A stretch of 64,000 nucleotides of DNA from an uncultured Muribaculaceae bacterium. GTDB lineage: Bacteria > Bacillota_I > Bacilli_A > RF39 > UBA660. Below the pieces are notes generated by a model. That model saw nothing but the letters and a program-made list of their open reading frames with translations, had not been told where the DNA came from and did not search any database. Shown here piece after piece: positions 9,525 through 19,647 of this stretch. How positions within the stretch are numbered: position 1 is the stretch's first letter; every line of letters starts with the position of its first letter. The translations under genes and the position numbers were made by a program. The stretch spans positions 6,469-70,468 of the forward strand of contig CAYLJU010000001.1 of the NCBI GenBank assembly GCA_964384115.1, read 5' to 3'.

Positions 9525-11342
9525 ATGAAAAAAATTAAAAATATAGCAATAATCGCCCATGTTGACCATGGAAAAACAACACTAGTAGATAAATTACTAG
9601 CATCAGCAAATACCTTTAGAGAAAATGAAGAAGTAAAAGAACGTGTTATGGACTCTAATGATATCGAAAGAGAAAGAGGAATAACAATTCTAGCAAAAAC
9701 AACATCAATCGAATACAAAGGATACACTATTAACATACTAGATACACCAGGACACGCTGACTTTGGCGGTGAAGTTGAAAGAATCATGAACATGGTAGAT
9801 GGCGTAATACTAGTAGTAGATGCCTATGAAGGAACAATGCCACAAACAAGATTTGTTCTAAAAAAAGCATTAGCAGCCGGAGTTACACCAGTAGTAGTTG
9901 TAAACAAAATAGATAAACCAACCGCAAGACCAAAAGAAGTTGTAGATGAAGTATTAGATTTATTCATTGAATTAGGCGCAGATATAGAACAACTTGAATT
10001 CCCAGTAATATACGCATCAGCTATAAATGGAACAAGTAGTTTAGAAGTTGGATTAGAAAATCAAAAACCAACAATGGAACCAATACTAGACGCAGTTATA
10101 AATACAGTACCAGACCCAAGAGTAAGCTTAGAAGGCGGATTACAATTCCAACCAGCATTAATAGATTATAATGATTATGTAGGAAGAATCGGTATCGGAC
10201 TTGTAAAAAGAGGAAAAGTTAAAGTTGGTGAAATGGTATCTTGTATGCGCTTAGATGGAACTAAAAAACAATTCCGCGTAGCCAAACTATTTGGCTTTAA
10301 AGGACTAAAAAAAGTAGAAATAGAAGAAGCAGAAGCCGGAGAAATAATTGCCATATCAGGTTTACCAGATATTGAAGTTGGTGAAACAGTATGTACAATA
10401 GGAAAAGAAGAAGCATTACCACGCTTAAGAATAGATGAGCCAACCATGCAAATGACAATTGGCGTTAATACAAGTCCAATGGCAGGCCAAGATGGAAAAT
10501 TATTAACAGCCCGTAAAATAGAAGAAAGACTAATGAAAGAAACCGAAAAAGATGTATCCTTAAAAGTCGCACCAAATGATGCTGAAAGTTGGATAGTATC
10601 TGGTAGAGGAGAATTACATCTTGGAATATTAATAGAAAATATGCGCCGTGAAGGATTTGAAGTTCAAGTATCAAAACCAGTTGTTATAATTAAAGAAATA
10701 GATGGCATCAAATGTGAACCATATGAAGAACTACAACTAGAAGTAGATGAATCATGTGTTGGAAATGTAATTGAAGAACTAGCTACTCGTGGTGGAACAA
10801 TGGAAAATATGACAAATTATAATAATTTAGTTAGATTAACATATACAATCCCATCAAGAGGATTAATCGGATTTGCAACAGACTTTATGACATTGACTAA
10901 AGGATATGGAATAATGAACCATACATTTAAAGAATATGCCAAAATGGAAGACGTTGAAGTTGGTGAAAGACAACTAGGTGTATTAGTATCAATGGAAAAT
11001 GGTAAATCAACAGCATATGCCTTAGGACAACTTGAAGATCGTGGCATAATGTTTATTGAACCAGGCATTGAAGTATATGAAGGTATGATTGTAGGAGAAT
11101 GTAATAGAGATAATGATTTAGCTGTAAATGTTGTTAAAGGTAAAAACTTAACAAATACAAGATCATCATCAAAAGATCATACAGTTGTTTTAAAAAGACC
11201 AAGACCAATAACACTTGAATATGCACTTGATTATATCAATTTTGACGAATTAGTTGAAGTAACACCTCATAATATTAGAATGAGAAAAAGAATACTAAAT
11301 ACTGAATTAAGAAAAAAAGAAGACGCAAAAAAAATAAAATGA
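9525..11342 (+). CDS. typA: translational GTPase TypA/BipA
   Basis: [16 protein letters not shown]1, DTPGHADF G3, EF-G-like domain order; 605 aa. Confidence 0.95.
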   Translation: MKKIKNIAIIAHVDHGKTTLVDKLLASANTFRENEEVKERVMDSNDIERERGITILAKTTSIEYKGYTINILDTPGHADFGGEVERIMNMVDGVILVVDAYEGTMPQTRFVLKKALAAGVTPVVVVNKIDKPTARPKEVVDEVLDLFIELGADIEQLEFPVIYASAINGTSSLEVGLENQKPTMEPILDAVINTVPDPRVSLEGGLQFQPALIDYNDYVGRIGIGLVKRGKVKVGEMVSCMRLDGTKKQFRVAKLFGFKGLKKVEIEEAEAGEIIAISGLPDIEVGETVCTIGKEEALPRLRIDEPTMQMTIGVNTSPMAGQDGKLLTARKIEERLMKETEKDVSLKVAPNDAESWIVSGRGELHLGILIENMRREGFEVQVSKPVVIIKEIDGIKCEPYEELQLEVDESCVGNVIEELATRGGTMENMTNYNNLVRLTYTIPSRGLIGFATDFMTLTKGYGIMNHTFKEYAKMEDVEVGERQLGVLVSMENGKSTAYALGQLEDRGIMFIEPGIEVYEGMIVGECNRDNDLAVNVVKGKNLTNTRSSSKDHTVVLKRPRPITLEYALDYINFDELVEVTPHNIRMRKRILNTELRKKEDAKKIK

Positions 11343-11367
11343 TTTCCTTAAAAGAAATCATTTTTTT
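11341..11367 (+). terminator. rho-independent terminator
   Basis: gatttc-cttaaaa-gaaatc hairpin + TTTTTTT. Confidence 0.55.
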
Positions 11368-11440
11368 ATAATCAAAAAGTAAGAAAATTGCAAAATAATA
11401 TAAAATAATCATTTACATATCTATAAAAGCAAATAATATT

Positions 11441-11468
11441 TTGACAAAAAAAATATATATGTTAAAAT
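11441..11468 (+). promoter_or_regulatory. sigma-A type promoter (TTGACA-16-TAAAAT)
   Basis: TTGACA 11441-11446, TGTTAAAAT 11461-11468; the track's TTG 'start' at 11441 is the -35 element. Confidence 0.45.
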
Positions 11469-11491
11469 ATCTATCACTAGGTGGTGATAAA

Positions 11492-13648
11492 ATGGAAATT
11501 GAAAAATTATTAAACTTAAAATATTCTGATTTAGTAAATCAAATAGAAAATATTAAAAATTATGAAGAAAAAATAAAAATACTATTAAATGACAAAATAA
11601 TTGAAAAACTATCATCATATATATTTGATTTATTTACATCAGAAAGTATATATCGTCAAAAAATTTTCCTTAATAACCCAAACTTTTATAAAGCAGTATC
11701 ACCATCACTTCTATATACATATATAAATGGAGTAAACTCCAATAATCTATACAATTACCTAATAATTGATAATTTAATAAATCATATAAAACAAGCAGAT
11801 AATATAACTACTTTATTAGAAAAAATAGAAGATAAAAATAAATTAAAAAAACTAATAATGAAAGAAAATATATTTAAAATATTAGAAGAAGAAAATAATT
11901 ATAAACCATTGCTATTATTTACTGAAGATAAAGAAATAATTGAATACGTAAAAAATAAAAATATTAAAGTAAATATAAAAGAATTATATGAAAATAATAA
12001 TTATGACACTTTAAATGAAGATGAAATAAAATATATTCTATTAAAAGAAAAAACTGATAAAATATTAAAATTAATAAATATTGAAAAAACAAAAATGATC
12101 TTAAAAGAAAATCCAAAAATATTATATGAAATTTTTAAAAACAATATAGAAAAAGAAAAATTATTAAAAAATCAAATTTTTCAAAAATACGTAACAACTG
12201 AAATATTAGATAAAATAATACTTTTAATAGAACATAATATTTCATGCATAAAAATAATATTAGAGCAACCAATTTTATTAGATCAATTAGATGAATATTC
12301 ATTAGTAACATTACTAGCATTAAATTCAGTCGAATTATTGGAATATCAAAATAATATTAATATAACAAAAAAAATAAGTCATAAAGCACTTGAAAATACT
12401 ATTTATATGGCCCAAACATATAATATTAAATCATATCTATATTTTCTTTTATCAAAAAATATAGTCAAAAATATTAATGTAATTGAACTATTTTCCAAAA
12501 TAAAAATAGAAAAAAAAGAACTAGATCAAATAATAGAAAAAGTAAAGTTAAATAAATATAAAAAAATAATAATATATAATACATTAAAATATAAAGAAAA
12601 TAATATAAAAGAAATAGAAAATCAAATAAAAGAAGATATAAATAATTATAGATCAAATGAAATAATAGAAGAACTAAAAGAAGAATTAAAAGATGAAAGT
12701 ATATTAAGTGATATTGATATAGAACCAATATTAGAGTTTTTATATAAAAATCCTACATTTAAAATAACAAAAGCATATTTTGAAATAATACTATCTCGTC
12801 TATTTAGAAAAATAACTATATCTAGTTACCCAAATATAAAATTAAAAATTAAAAATATCTATGATGAAGGAATACAAAAAAATAATGAAATTATCATAAA
12901 TGCTAGAAACATAAAAGATACATTAAATAAAAATATCGAAATATTTTCTATTTACTTTCACGAATTAATACATGAAAAACAAGAAAAATCTATATACAAT
13001 AATACATATGATTATGAAATACTAAAACAATTAAAAGATGAATTATTAAGATCTATAATAGATACATATTATGATGAAAATTATTATAATATAAGTACTG
13101 AAGTAGAAGCCTTTATAAAAGGTGAAATAATGTCTATCAACTATTTTTATAAAAAATGTAAACAAATACCTGATATGGAAAAAAGAAAGAAAGAAATTAA
13201 AGAATATTGTATTTATAATAAAATTACAGACAGAAAAAATAATGAAAATATTTATTCTCTAGAATATTTATTTGATAAAATATACACTAAAGAAGAAATT
13301 AAAAAAGTAATTGCTATATATCCAATTTTATTATTTGAATACAATTCTGATGGAACCAAAAAATCATTACAAGAATTAATATTATTATATAGTAAAGCCA
13401 AATACAATTTAATAAACGAAAAAACAAATAAAAACATTCAAATATATGTGTTTTACAAAAGATTATTAGATGACATAATGTTAAAAAATCAAAAAATAAT
13501 TAATGAAGAAGAAATAATAAAATATAATGAAGAATTAAAAACAATACCTTATTATTCAAAAGAAACAATATATTATAAAATATATAATGAAAAATTATCT
13601 GAAATGAAATCATATATACCAAAAACAGTAATATTAAAAAAACGTTAA
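11492..13648 (+). CDS. large Lys/Ile/Asn-rich hypothetical protein with one HExxH motif
   Basis: ATG 11492 behind RBS AGGTGGTGA; 718 aa; FHELIHE only recognisable motif. Confidence 0.5.
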   Translation: MEIEKLLNLKYSDLVNQIENIKNYEEKIKILLNDKIIEKLSSYIFDLFTSESIYRQKIFLNNPNFYKAVSPSLLYTYINGVNSNNLYNYLIIDNLINHIKQADNITTLLEKIEDKNKLKKLIMKENIFKILEEENNYKPLLLFTEDKEIIEYVKNKNIKVNIKELYENNNYDTLNEDEIKYILLKEKTDKILKLINIEKTKMILKENPKILYEIFKNNIEKEKLLKNQIFQKYVTTEILDKIILLIEHNISCIKIILEQPILLDQLDEYSLVTLLALNSVELLEYQNNINITKKISHKALENTIYMAQTYNIKSYLYFLLSKNIVKNINVIELFSKIKIEKKELDQIIEKVKLNKYKKIIIYNTLKYKENNIKEIENQIKEDINNYRSNEIIEELKEELKDESILSDIDIEPILEFLYKNPTFKITKAYFEIILSRLFRKITISSYPNIKLKIKNIYDEGIQKNNEIIINARNIKDTLNKNIEIFSIYFHELIHEKQEKSIYNNTYDYEILKQLKDELLRSIIDTYYDENYYNISTEVEAFIKGEIMSINYFYKKCKQIPDMEKRKKEIKEYCIYNKITDRKNNENIYSLEYLFDKIYTKEEIKKVIAIYPILLFEYNSDGTKKSLQELILLYSKAKYNLINEKTNKNIQIYVFYKRLLDDIMLKNQKIINEEEIIKYNEELKTIPYYSKETIYYKIYNEKLSEMKSYIPKTVILKKR

Positions 13649-14586
13649 AAACGTTTTTTTGCTTGTTTAATTAAAATATCAATGATATCACTATAACTAT
13701 ATCCATCATGAATAAAAAGTTTAGGAAACATACTTATATCAGTAAAACCAGGAATAGTATTAATCTCATTAAAATAAAGTTCGTTATTATCCTCATCATA
13801 TAAAAAATCTACTCTAGCAAAAGAGAAACATTCAAGAATTTTAAATATCTTTCTAGCACATTCCTTAATTTCTAAGTTAATATTTTTACTTATATTAGCA
13901 TCAACTATAACTTCAGTATCCTTAATATATTTAGAATCAAAATCATAAAAACCATTACTCTTTATTTCTCCAATTGAAGAACAAATAAGACCATTATTTT
14001 CTATAATTCCAACCTCTAATTCTCTAGCTTTAATAAATTTTTCAACAACAATCTTTTTATCATATTTAAAAGCATTAGTTAAAGCTCTCACAAGTTCTCT
14101 ATTATTATTCGCAACACTAATACCTATACTAGAACCACCATTAGCAGGTTTAATAATAACAGGAAAATTAAGTTTTTCTATAATTTCTTTAATTTTACTT
14201 TTTTTATTAACAATAACATAAGGAATTTGTTTAATTTTATATTTATCTAAAATAATTTTACAAAAAGCCTTATCCATAGCAAGAGCACTACTAATAGTAT
14301 TTGATCCAACATAATTAATATTAAAAGTTTCAAAAACACCTTGCAATTTGCCATCTTCCCCAATATTACCATGAATAAGAGGGAAAATAACATCTTGTTT
14401 TTTTAAGAAATCAACAATATTGTTAATAATTATATTATCACAATACCAATTTCCATCTTTATCAACATAAATAGTTGATAATTCATATTTTTTAGTGTTT
14501 ATATTGTTAATAAAACTCTTAAATGACCTAACAGAAATATCATGCTCATATGATTTTCCACCATAAATAACTGCAATTTTATCCAT
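13645..14586 (-). CDS. ddl: D-alanine--D-alanine ligase
   Basis: MDKIAVIYGGKSYEHDISVRS..., ATP-grasp blocks (GEDGKLQG, SSIGISV), 313 aa. Confidence 0.9.
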   Translation of the reverse strand: MDKIAVIYGGKSYEHDISVRSFKSFINNINTKKYELSTIYVDKDGNWYCDNIIINNIVDFLKKQDVIFPLIHGNIGEDGKLQGVFETFNINYVGSNTISSALAMDKAFCKIILDKYKIKQIPYVIVNKKSKIKEIIEKLNFPVIIKPANGGSSIGISVANNNRELVRALTNAFKYDKKIVVEKFIKARELEVGIIENNGLICSSIGEIKSNGFYDFDSKYIKDTEVIVDANISKNINLEIKECARKIFKILECFSFARVDFLYDEDNNELYFNEINTIPGFTDISMFPKLFIHDGYSYSDIIDILIKQAKKRF

Positions 14587-14621
14587 AAAACCCCCATTAA
14601 ATCATATGAAAAAAATGATCA

Positions 14622-15176
14622 TTAATGACCATTTTGATAATATTCTAATAAATCTTTAAAACGATGGTAATGAACAACTTCTCTTTGTCTTAAGAAAGAT
14701 AAAGGACCAAGTAAGTCTGGATCATTAGTTTCATTCATTAAATTTTCATAAGTAACTCTAGCCCTTTCTTCAGCAGCCATATCACTAGCTAAATCAGCCA
14801 TATAATTACCAGTTGATTCAATATAAGAAGCCGTATAAGGAACACCACTAGCATCTACTGGATAAATTCCTCTATTATGTTGTGTATAATAGCCAATTAA
14901 ACCAGCATCTTCAAGTTCTTGAATACTAGTACCTTCTAACAATTGATAAACCATAGTAGCAATCATTTCAACATGAGCCATTTCTTCTGTAGCAATATCA
15001 TTAAGTAAAGCTTTACCTCTTTCATCAGGCATTGTAAATTTTTGACAAAAATAGCGCATAGAAGCACCAATTTCACCATCAGGTCCACCAAGTTGAGCAA
15101 GCAATGTTTTAGCCATCTTTAAATCTTTATTTTTAATATTAATAGGATATTCTAACTTTTTTTCGTAACACCACAT
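14622..15176 (-). CDS. cotJC: spore coat protein CotJC (manganese catalase family)
   Basis: MWCYEKKLEYPI...LGGPDGEIGASMRY...EEMAHVEMI... near-collinear with B. subtilis CotJC. Confidence 0.8.
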   Translation of the reverse strand: MWCYEKKLEYPINIKNKDLKMAKTLLAQLGGPDGEIGASMRYFCQKFTMPDERGKALLNDIATEEMAHVEMIATMVYQLLEGTSIQELEDAGLIGYYTQHNRGIYPVDASGVPYTASYIESTGNYMADLASDMAAEERARVTYENLMNETNDPDLLGPLSFLRQREVVHYHRFKDLLEYYQNGH

Positions 15177-15185
15177 AAAATCCTC

Positions 15186-15611
15186 CTAACTTTCCCATGG
15201 CCAAGGTGTCTTATCCCAAGCCCAAGGATAACTCATCATCGCATCACTATTTAAATTAAGCGGGCCGTATTTATTTTCATATTCTTTAATAAGCCCATTA
15301 ACTTCTACCCTATATCTATTAAATAAATCAATATATTCCTTAGAATTAGGATAAATATCTAGATATAAATTTAAATCAATCATTGCAAACTTTAAAGCAT
15401 CTATGCTAGTAAGCATTCTTGCTTGTTCATTAGCTGGTTCAATATCATAAGGCTTATTTAATTTATAAGGACTATATAAGTCTCTAAATAAATTACCTCT
15501 AATAAAACCTTGATAAGGATCATAAATACTAGGTAATTGAATATTTGCATTATTCATATTGTTCATAGTATTCATATTACCAATATTATTCATATAATTA
15601 TAATAATTCAT
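15186..15611 (-). CDS. cotJB: spore coat protein CotJB
   Basis: DLNLYLDIYPNS...YGPLNL...PWAWDKTPWPWES C-terminal signature; Asn/Met-rich N-terminal extension. Confidence 0.7.
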   Translation of the reverse strand: MNYYNYMNNIGNMNTMNNMNNANIQLPSIYDPYQGFIRGNLFRDLYSPYKLNKPYDIEPANEQARMLTSIDALKFAMIDLNLYLDIYPNSKEYIDLFNRYRVEVNGLIKEYENKYGPLNLNSDAMMSYPWAWDKTPWPWES

Positions 15612-15720
15612 TTTTTCCCTCCATCATATAATAAACAAAATAGACTAAAATGTATGGGTTTTTAACCTAAAACATTTATTATTTTTAACTTTAATGATAT
15701 AATTAAAACATGGAGGAAAC

Positions 15721-16083
15721 ATGAAAAAGAAAAATATTGCTTTATTAATTATCGGAATATTATTAATTGGAATATCAATATTAATAATGTTTTCTAATTC
15801 AAATAAGAAAATTGATTTAAATAATCCAAAAGAAAAAATAGAAAACCTAAAAAAAGAAATTGATGAATTAGTTGTAACAGATAAAATTGAAAATTTAAAA
15901 ACATATCAAATAAAGATAAGTGAATTAGCAATTATAGTAAATGAATTGGAAGGAACTAATTATGAAATGTATAAGAATAAAGAAATATCTTTATATGACT
16001 ATTTAACAAATAATAAAAAATTAAAGAATTATAATAAAGAAATTGAAAAAATAAGAAATCAATTAACAGCAAAATTAAAATAA
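15721..16083 (+). CDS. hypothetical membrane-anchored coiled-coil protein
   Basis: N-terminal TM, Lys/Glu-rich. Confidence 0.35.
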   Translation: MKKKNIALLIIGILLIGISILIMFSNSNKKIDLNNPKEKIENLKKEIDELVVTDKIENLKTYQIKISELAIIVNELEGTNYEMYKNKEISLYDYLTNNKKLKNYNKEIEKIRNQLTAKLK

Positions 16084-16116
16084 CCCCCGTTTCTATATTT
16101 TAAGAAACAGGGGTTA
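16083..16116. terminator. bidirectional rho-independent terminator between convergent genes
   Basis: aacccccgtttct/agaaacaggggtt 13-bp stem with A/T-rich flanks on both strands. Confidence 0.6.
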
Positions 16117-16121
16117 TTTAT

Positions 16122-16883
16122 TTAACCTATTTTTCTAACTACATCAATTTGTTTTTCATAATTTCTATAATATTCTTTAATAAATTCATCTAAAAAACGT
16201 AACCTTAAAACAAGTTTAGCATTCATAGCAATTAAAGGATCAACAGTTTTACCACTAGGTAACATTTGTCTAACATCAATTAAATTATATTGATTAAAAG
16301 AACCATCTCTATTAAAGTTAAATCTTTTAACAAGTGATAAAGGAGCTTCACCCCTTACTGCCCTAGCTGCATTAATTTTAGCTTCATTTTCTAAAGCCCT
16401 TTCAATAGACATAGATGCAGGATTCAATAAAACAGTACAAGAACTATGACTATTAGCATTTACATTCGCTCTAGTAGAACCTTGAAGCGCGAAGGTACGT
16501 TTTGGTTCCAATCTCCCAACATAACTAACCTCAGAACCCCTTTCACTAGAAACATAAACATTACCCATTTTACCTCTACCTGGAGTTAAACCTTCCAAGT
16601 AAACATCATCAAGTCTTTTTTTATCAATCACTTTACCAGAACTAACCGCTCTAGTTAGTTTTATTAAATCATCAGATGAAGTAAAAATACCCGCATGTCC
16701 ACTATATCCACCAAGTGCATTCGCACCTGAATCATTGACAGAAGCAAGATTAATATTAGATGTACCTGTAATTAAGTTTCTTTTTTCAATAGGAACAATT
16801 AAATGTGTATTACTTAAACCAAACTTAGAAACAATATATTTATCAATTAATTCTCTGTAAGATAGGACAAAGTTTTCTTTCAA
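16122..16883 (-). pseudogene. C-terminal portion of a beta-lactamase-fold serine hydrolase, separated from its N-terminal portion by the prophage
   Basis: GYSGHAG (HxG box) region; begins at TTG directly after in-frame stops; the matching SxxK/YxN half lies at 47007-47654 on the same strand. Confidence 0.5.
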
Positions 16884-16955
16884 ACCCTATAAACCCAGTG
16901 TTTATGGGGTTTTTGCATTTTTAAGGATACAGAAAAACACCATTAGATTTGGTTC

Positions 16956-16988
16956 GTAGCACACAAGTAGCCCACAGGTAGCCCACAC
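16956..16988. repeat. attL: three tandem 11-bp units GTAGCACACAA/GTAGCCCACAG/GTAGCCCACAC
   Basis: 22 bp AGTAGCCCACAGGTAGCCCACA (16966-16987) matches attR 46945-46966 at 21/22. Confidence 0.6.
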
Positions 16989-17030
16989 AAAAATGCAATA
17001 ATAAAAGAGGAATTAATCCTCTTATTTTTT

Positions 17031-18077
17031 TTACCTTAATTTATTAACTGCCACAAGTAAATCTTCAATATCTTTATGTGTATATACTTTATCAGTTATA
17101 TCTTTACTTGCATGACCAAGTATTCTTTTAGTACATAATTTATTTGCATCAGTTCTATCCATACGAGTAGAAAAAGTATGTCGTGTATCATGTGGTTTAT
17201 GTTCTTTATTAAATCCAAGTTGTTCAATTACTTTTTCCCATTTTTCGTGATAGAAATTCCAATATAACATTTGTTTATATTCGTGATTAAATATTAAATA
17301 TTCACTGCCAACTTCTTTTGCCCTGTCATACCATCTTTTTATTAAAGGAACAATCCTTTCATGGAATGGTATAACTCTATTTTTACCTGCATCAGTTTTT
17401 GAACCACCTCGCATGTATTTTTCTTCCATGTTGACATTTTCAATTTTAATATCCAATAATTCGCCAATTCGCATACCTGTATATATTAATATCAATATAC
17501 AGTCAATAAAATCCATTCTATCGACATTTTCCCATAGGATGTCTATTTCTTCCTCCTCAAAAGGAATTCGTTCTAATTTGGTCGTTTTTTTGCCTATATC
17601 GATATATTCTGAATATTTTCTTACATTCATATCATTTTTAATCGCAAAATCATACATTTGATGCCATAATATTTTAAATGCTTTCTTTGCTGACCATTTT
17701 TCACCCATACCATCAACAATTTGTTGTAAATGAGGTAGTTTAACATCGACAAAAGGCATATCCTTAATATCTTGACAGTAATTCCAACACATATTATATA
17801 CCTGTTGAGTTTTATGGGCAATTTTAGGATATTTTTCATCTTGCCATTTAGAATGTAATTTTTCTACTGTAATTGACCTAGCATCTATATCATAAGGTTT
17901 CTCATTATATAGTGCTAATTCTTGCAGTGCTTTTGTTCTAGTTTCAAAGTATCCAATAGTTTTTCTTATCTGTGTTCCATCTTCTTTCCAACCAACAGTT
18001 TTTCGTACTCTGTATGGTTTTCTTCTGTTGCCTGATAATTTTTCTATTGAACCATAATTATTAGGTAGTTTTATAAG
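17031..18077 (-). CDS. int: tyrosine-type phage integrase (N-terminal arm-binding region lacks canonical start; possible 1-nt frameshift)
   Basis: Catalytic HDTRHTF...RILGH...Y; frame stays open upstream of Met 17792 to 18077 encoding GSIEKLSGNRRKPYRVRKTVGWKEDGTQIRKTIGYFETRTKA (typical N-term) with no ATG/GTG/TTG; an ATG with SD lies +1 frame at 18081. Confidence 0.8.
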   Translation of the reverse strand, partial: LIKLPNNYGSIEKLSGNRRKPYRVRKTVGWKEDGTQIRKTIGYFETRTKALQELALYNEKPYDIDARSITVEKLHSKWQDEKYPKIAHKTQQVYNMCWNYCQDIKDMPFVDVKLPHLQQIVDGMGEKWSAKKAFKILWHQMYDFAIKNDMNVRKYSEYIDIGKKTTKLERIPFEEEEIDILWENVDRMDFIDCILILIYTGMRIGELLDIKIENVNMEEKYMRGGSKTDAGKNRVIPFHERIVPLIKRWYDRAKEVGSEYLIFNHEYKQMLYWNFYHEKWEKVIEQLGFNKEHKPHDTRHTFSTRMDRTDANKLCTKRILGHASKDITDKVYTHKDIEDLLVAVNKLR

Positions 18078-18197
18078 TCATCACCACCTATAATAAAATA
18101 ATATTTCATATATCAAAATCCTCCCATTTTATTGTATTTTTTAGCAATATTTGATATAATGAAATAGAAAAATCCAAAACATTATATCTTATATTTT

Positions 18198-18220
18198 GTT
18201 TTTAGTTTTGACCGACTAAA
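18198..18220. repeat. left copy of perfect 23-bp inverted repeat GTTTTTAGTTTTGACCGACTAAA
   Basis: Exact reverse complement occurs at 19404-19426; the pair brackets the cI/cro switch. Confidence 0.7.
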
Positions 18221-18277
18221 TGAGGTTTTTCAAATTGACTTACTGTTCCAGCAGTAGGTCTTTTTTTTCTTGCTAAA

Positions 18278-18967
18278 TTATTTTAGTTTTCTTCTTACTT
18301 CAATGGCTATACCCAAAATTTTAACAGGTTTAGTTAATATTTCATATTCATTAAAATAGTAGGGTTCATATTCATTATTTAATGGTTTTAGGATGATGCT
18401 TTTTTCTTGCTTTATAACTCTTTTAAATGTTGCATCATCACCATTTACCATAACAATGCAATCATCACCTGAATTACAATCATTTTGTTGTCTTATAATG
18501 ATAATATCACCAGTTTTATAATCAGGGTACATACTATCACCATCGACTTTTAATGCAAAATAATTTTCACCATTTCTTAACATAGAAGCAGGAAGTTCCT
18601 CGTATCCTAAAATATCTTCAATTGCCTCAATAGGTATTCCAGCAGGTACTTTACCTAGCACAGGGATTTTTATATTTTTTGATGTAGTTTCAATATATCT
18701 AGCATTGTCAATATTCAACTCTGATGGTTCTTTTTCTTCAAACCATTCTCTGTCTATATCGACATCATATCCCATTAGCCACCCCTCGCTAACATCTAGG
18801 GCAATAGCAAGTTTATGTAATTTATCTTGTTTGGCTTTATATTTTCCAGATAGGTAGTTGCTTATCAATGCTTTATCAAGTCCAGTTTTATTGCATAAGT
18901 CAACTTGTTTCATGCCTTTAAGTGACATCGCTTTCTTTAATCTATCAGAAAATTCCTCAACAATCAT
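18278..18967 (-). CDS. CI-like phage repressor (XRE HTH + S24 LexA-like peptidase domain)
   Basis: N-term ...MKQVDLCNKTGLDKALISNYLSG...; C-term ...LKVDGDSMYP...GDIIII... Ser/Lys S24 signature. Confidence 0.85.
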   Translation of the reverse strand: MIVEEFSDRLKKAMSLKGMKQVDLCNKTGLDKALISNYLSGKYKAKQDKLHKLAIALDVSEGWLMGYDVDIDREWFEEKEPSELNIDNARYIETTSKNIKIPVLGKVPAGIPIEAIEDILGYEELPASMLRNGENYFALKVDGDSMYPDYKTGDIIIIRQQNDCNSGDDCIVMVNGDDATFKRVIKQEKSIILKPLNNEYEPYYFNEYEILTKPVKILGIAIEVRRKLK

Positions 18968-19066
18968 ACATCAACCTCCTCAATAATTATTATATACACA
19001 AAATTAAGAAAAATCAATAAAAGTTGATGAAAAAATAAAAAAGTTTAGAAAAGTTAATAAAACATG

Positions 19067-19118
19067 TTGACAAATAAAATAAAAAAATATATACTTGTTT
19101 TAGTTGAGTAAACTCAAC
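19067..19118 (+). promoter_or_regulatory. rightward early promoter (TTGACA-17-TATACT) with downstream 7-2-7 palindrome GTTGAGTAAACTCAAC (operator candidate)
   Basis: TTGACA 19067-19072, TATACT 19090-19095, palindrome 19103-19118, then RBS GGAGGG. Confidence 0.45.
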
Positions 19119-19138
19119 AAGATAGGAGGGTATGCAAA

Positions 19139-19408
19139 TTGGATACATTATTTGATTATTCTAAATTAAAAGACTTGATTGAAACAACACAATATTTTGA
19201 TAAAAAGAGTAATAAAATAAAACTTTATAACAAAACATCATTTGCTAATGCAATTGGAATGTCGTATTATTCTTTATACAAAAAATTAAGAAATCAAGTA
19301 CCATTTACACAAAATGAAATAATTAAATCTGTAAAAATATTAAATATTGATGTTAAAGAAATACCAATTTATTTTTTTACAGAAAAAGTTAAGAAAACTC
19401 AATTTTAG
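19139..19408 (+). CDS. Cro-like HTH protein (first rightward gene)
   Basis: ...TSFANAIGMSYYSLYKKL... HTH-like; divergent from cI. Confidence 0.45.
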   Translation: MDTLFDYSKLKDLIETTQYFDKKSNKIKLYNKTSFANAIGMSYYSLYKKLRNQVPFTQNEIIKSVKILNIDVKEIPIYFFTEKVKKTQF

Positions 19409-19426
19409 TCGGTCAAAACTAAAAAC
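19404..19426. repeat. right copy of perfect 23-bp inverted repeat
   Basis: TTTAGTCGGTCAAAACTAAAAAC = reverse complement of 18198-18220; overlaps stop codon of 19139-19408. Confidence 0.7.
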
Positions 19427-19455
19427 AAAAAACTAAATATAAGAAAGGATTTTTT

Positions 19456-19647
19456 ATGAAAAAGATAACAATTAAACAAGCATCAGAATTGATGCACAAA
19501 TCACCACAATTTATAAGAGTGGGTTTACAAACAGGGAAATTACCATTTGGTTCAGCAGTAAAGGTGTCTAAAAGATGGAATTACATCATTTATCCTGAAA
19601 TGTTTTATCAATATATAGGTGTTAAGGAGGTTGAACAAAATGGCTAA
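19456..19647 (+). CDS. small DNA-binding protein (excisionase/MerR-type HTH-like)
   Basis: 63 aa; IKQASELMHKSPQFIRVGLQTGKLPF. Confidence 0.4.
   Translation: MKKITIKQASELMHKSPQFIRVGLQTGKLPFGSAVKVSKRWNYIIYPEMFYQYIGVKEVEQNG

Noticed and set aside
16956-16988. Considered a tRNA or tmRNA integration target at the prophage ends
   Set aside because: No tRNA-like cloverleaf or T-loop consensus sequence near either junction; flanks are protein-coding fragments
17413-17839. Small ORFs 17413-17661(+) and 17627-17839(-)
   Set aside because: Both overlap the integrase gene, whose frame continues uninterrupted through them
17031-18090. Possibility that TGA is recoded (genetic code 4/25), which would explain the integrase lacking a start
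   Set aside because: Host and phage genes consistently terminate at TGA (e.g. typA at 11340-11342), and recoding would not supply a start codon anyway
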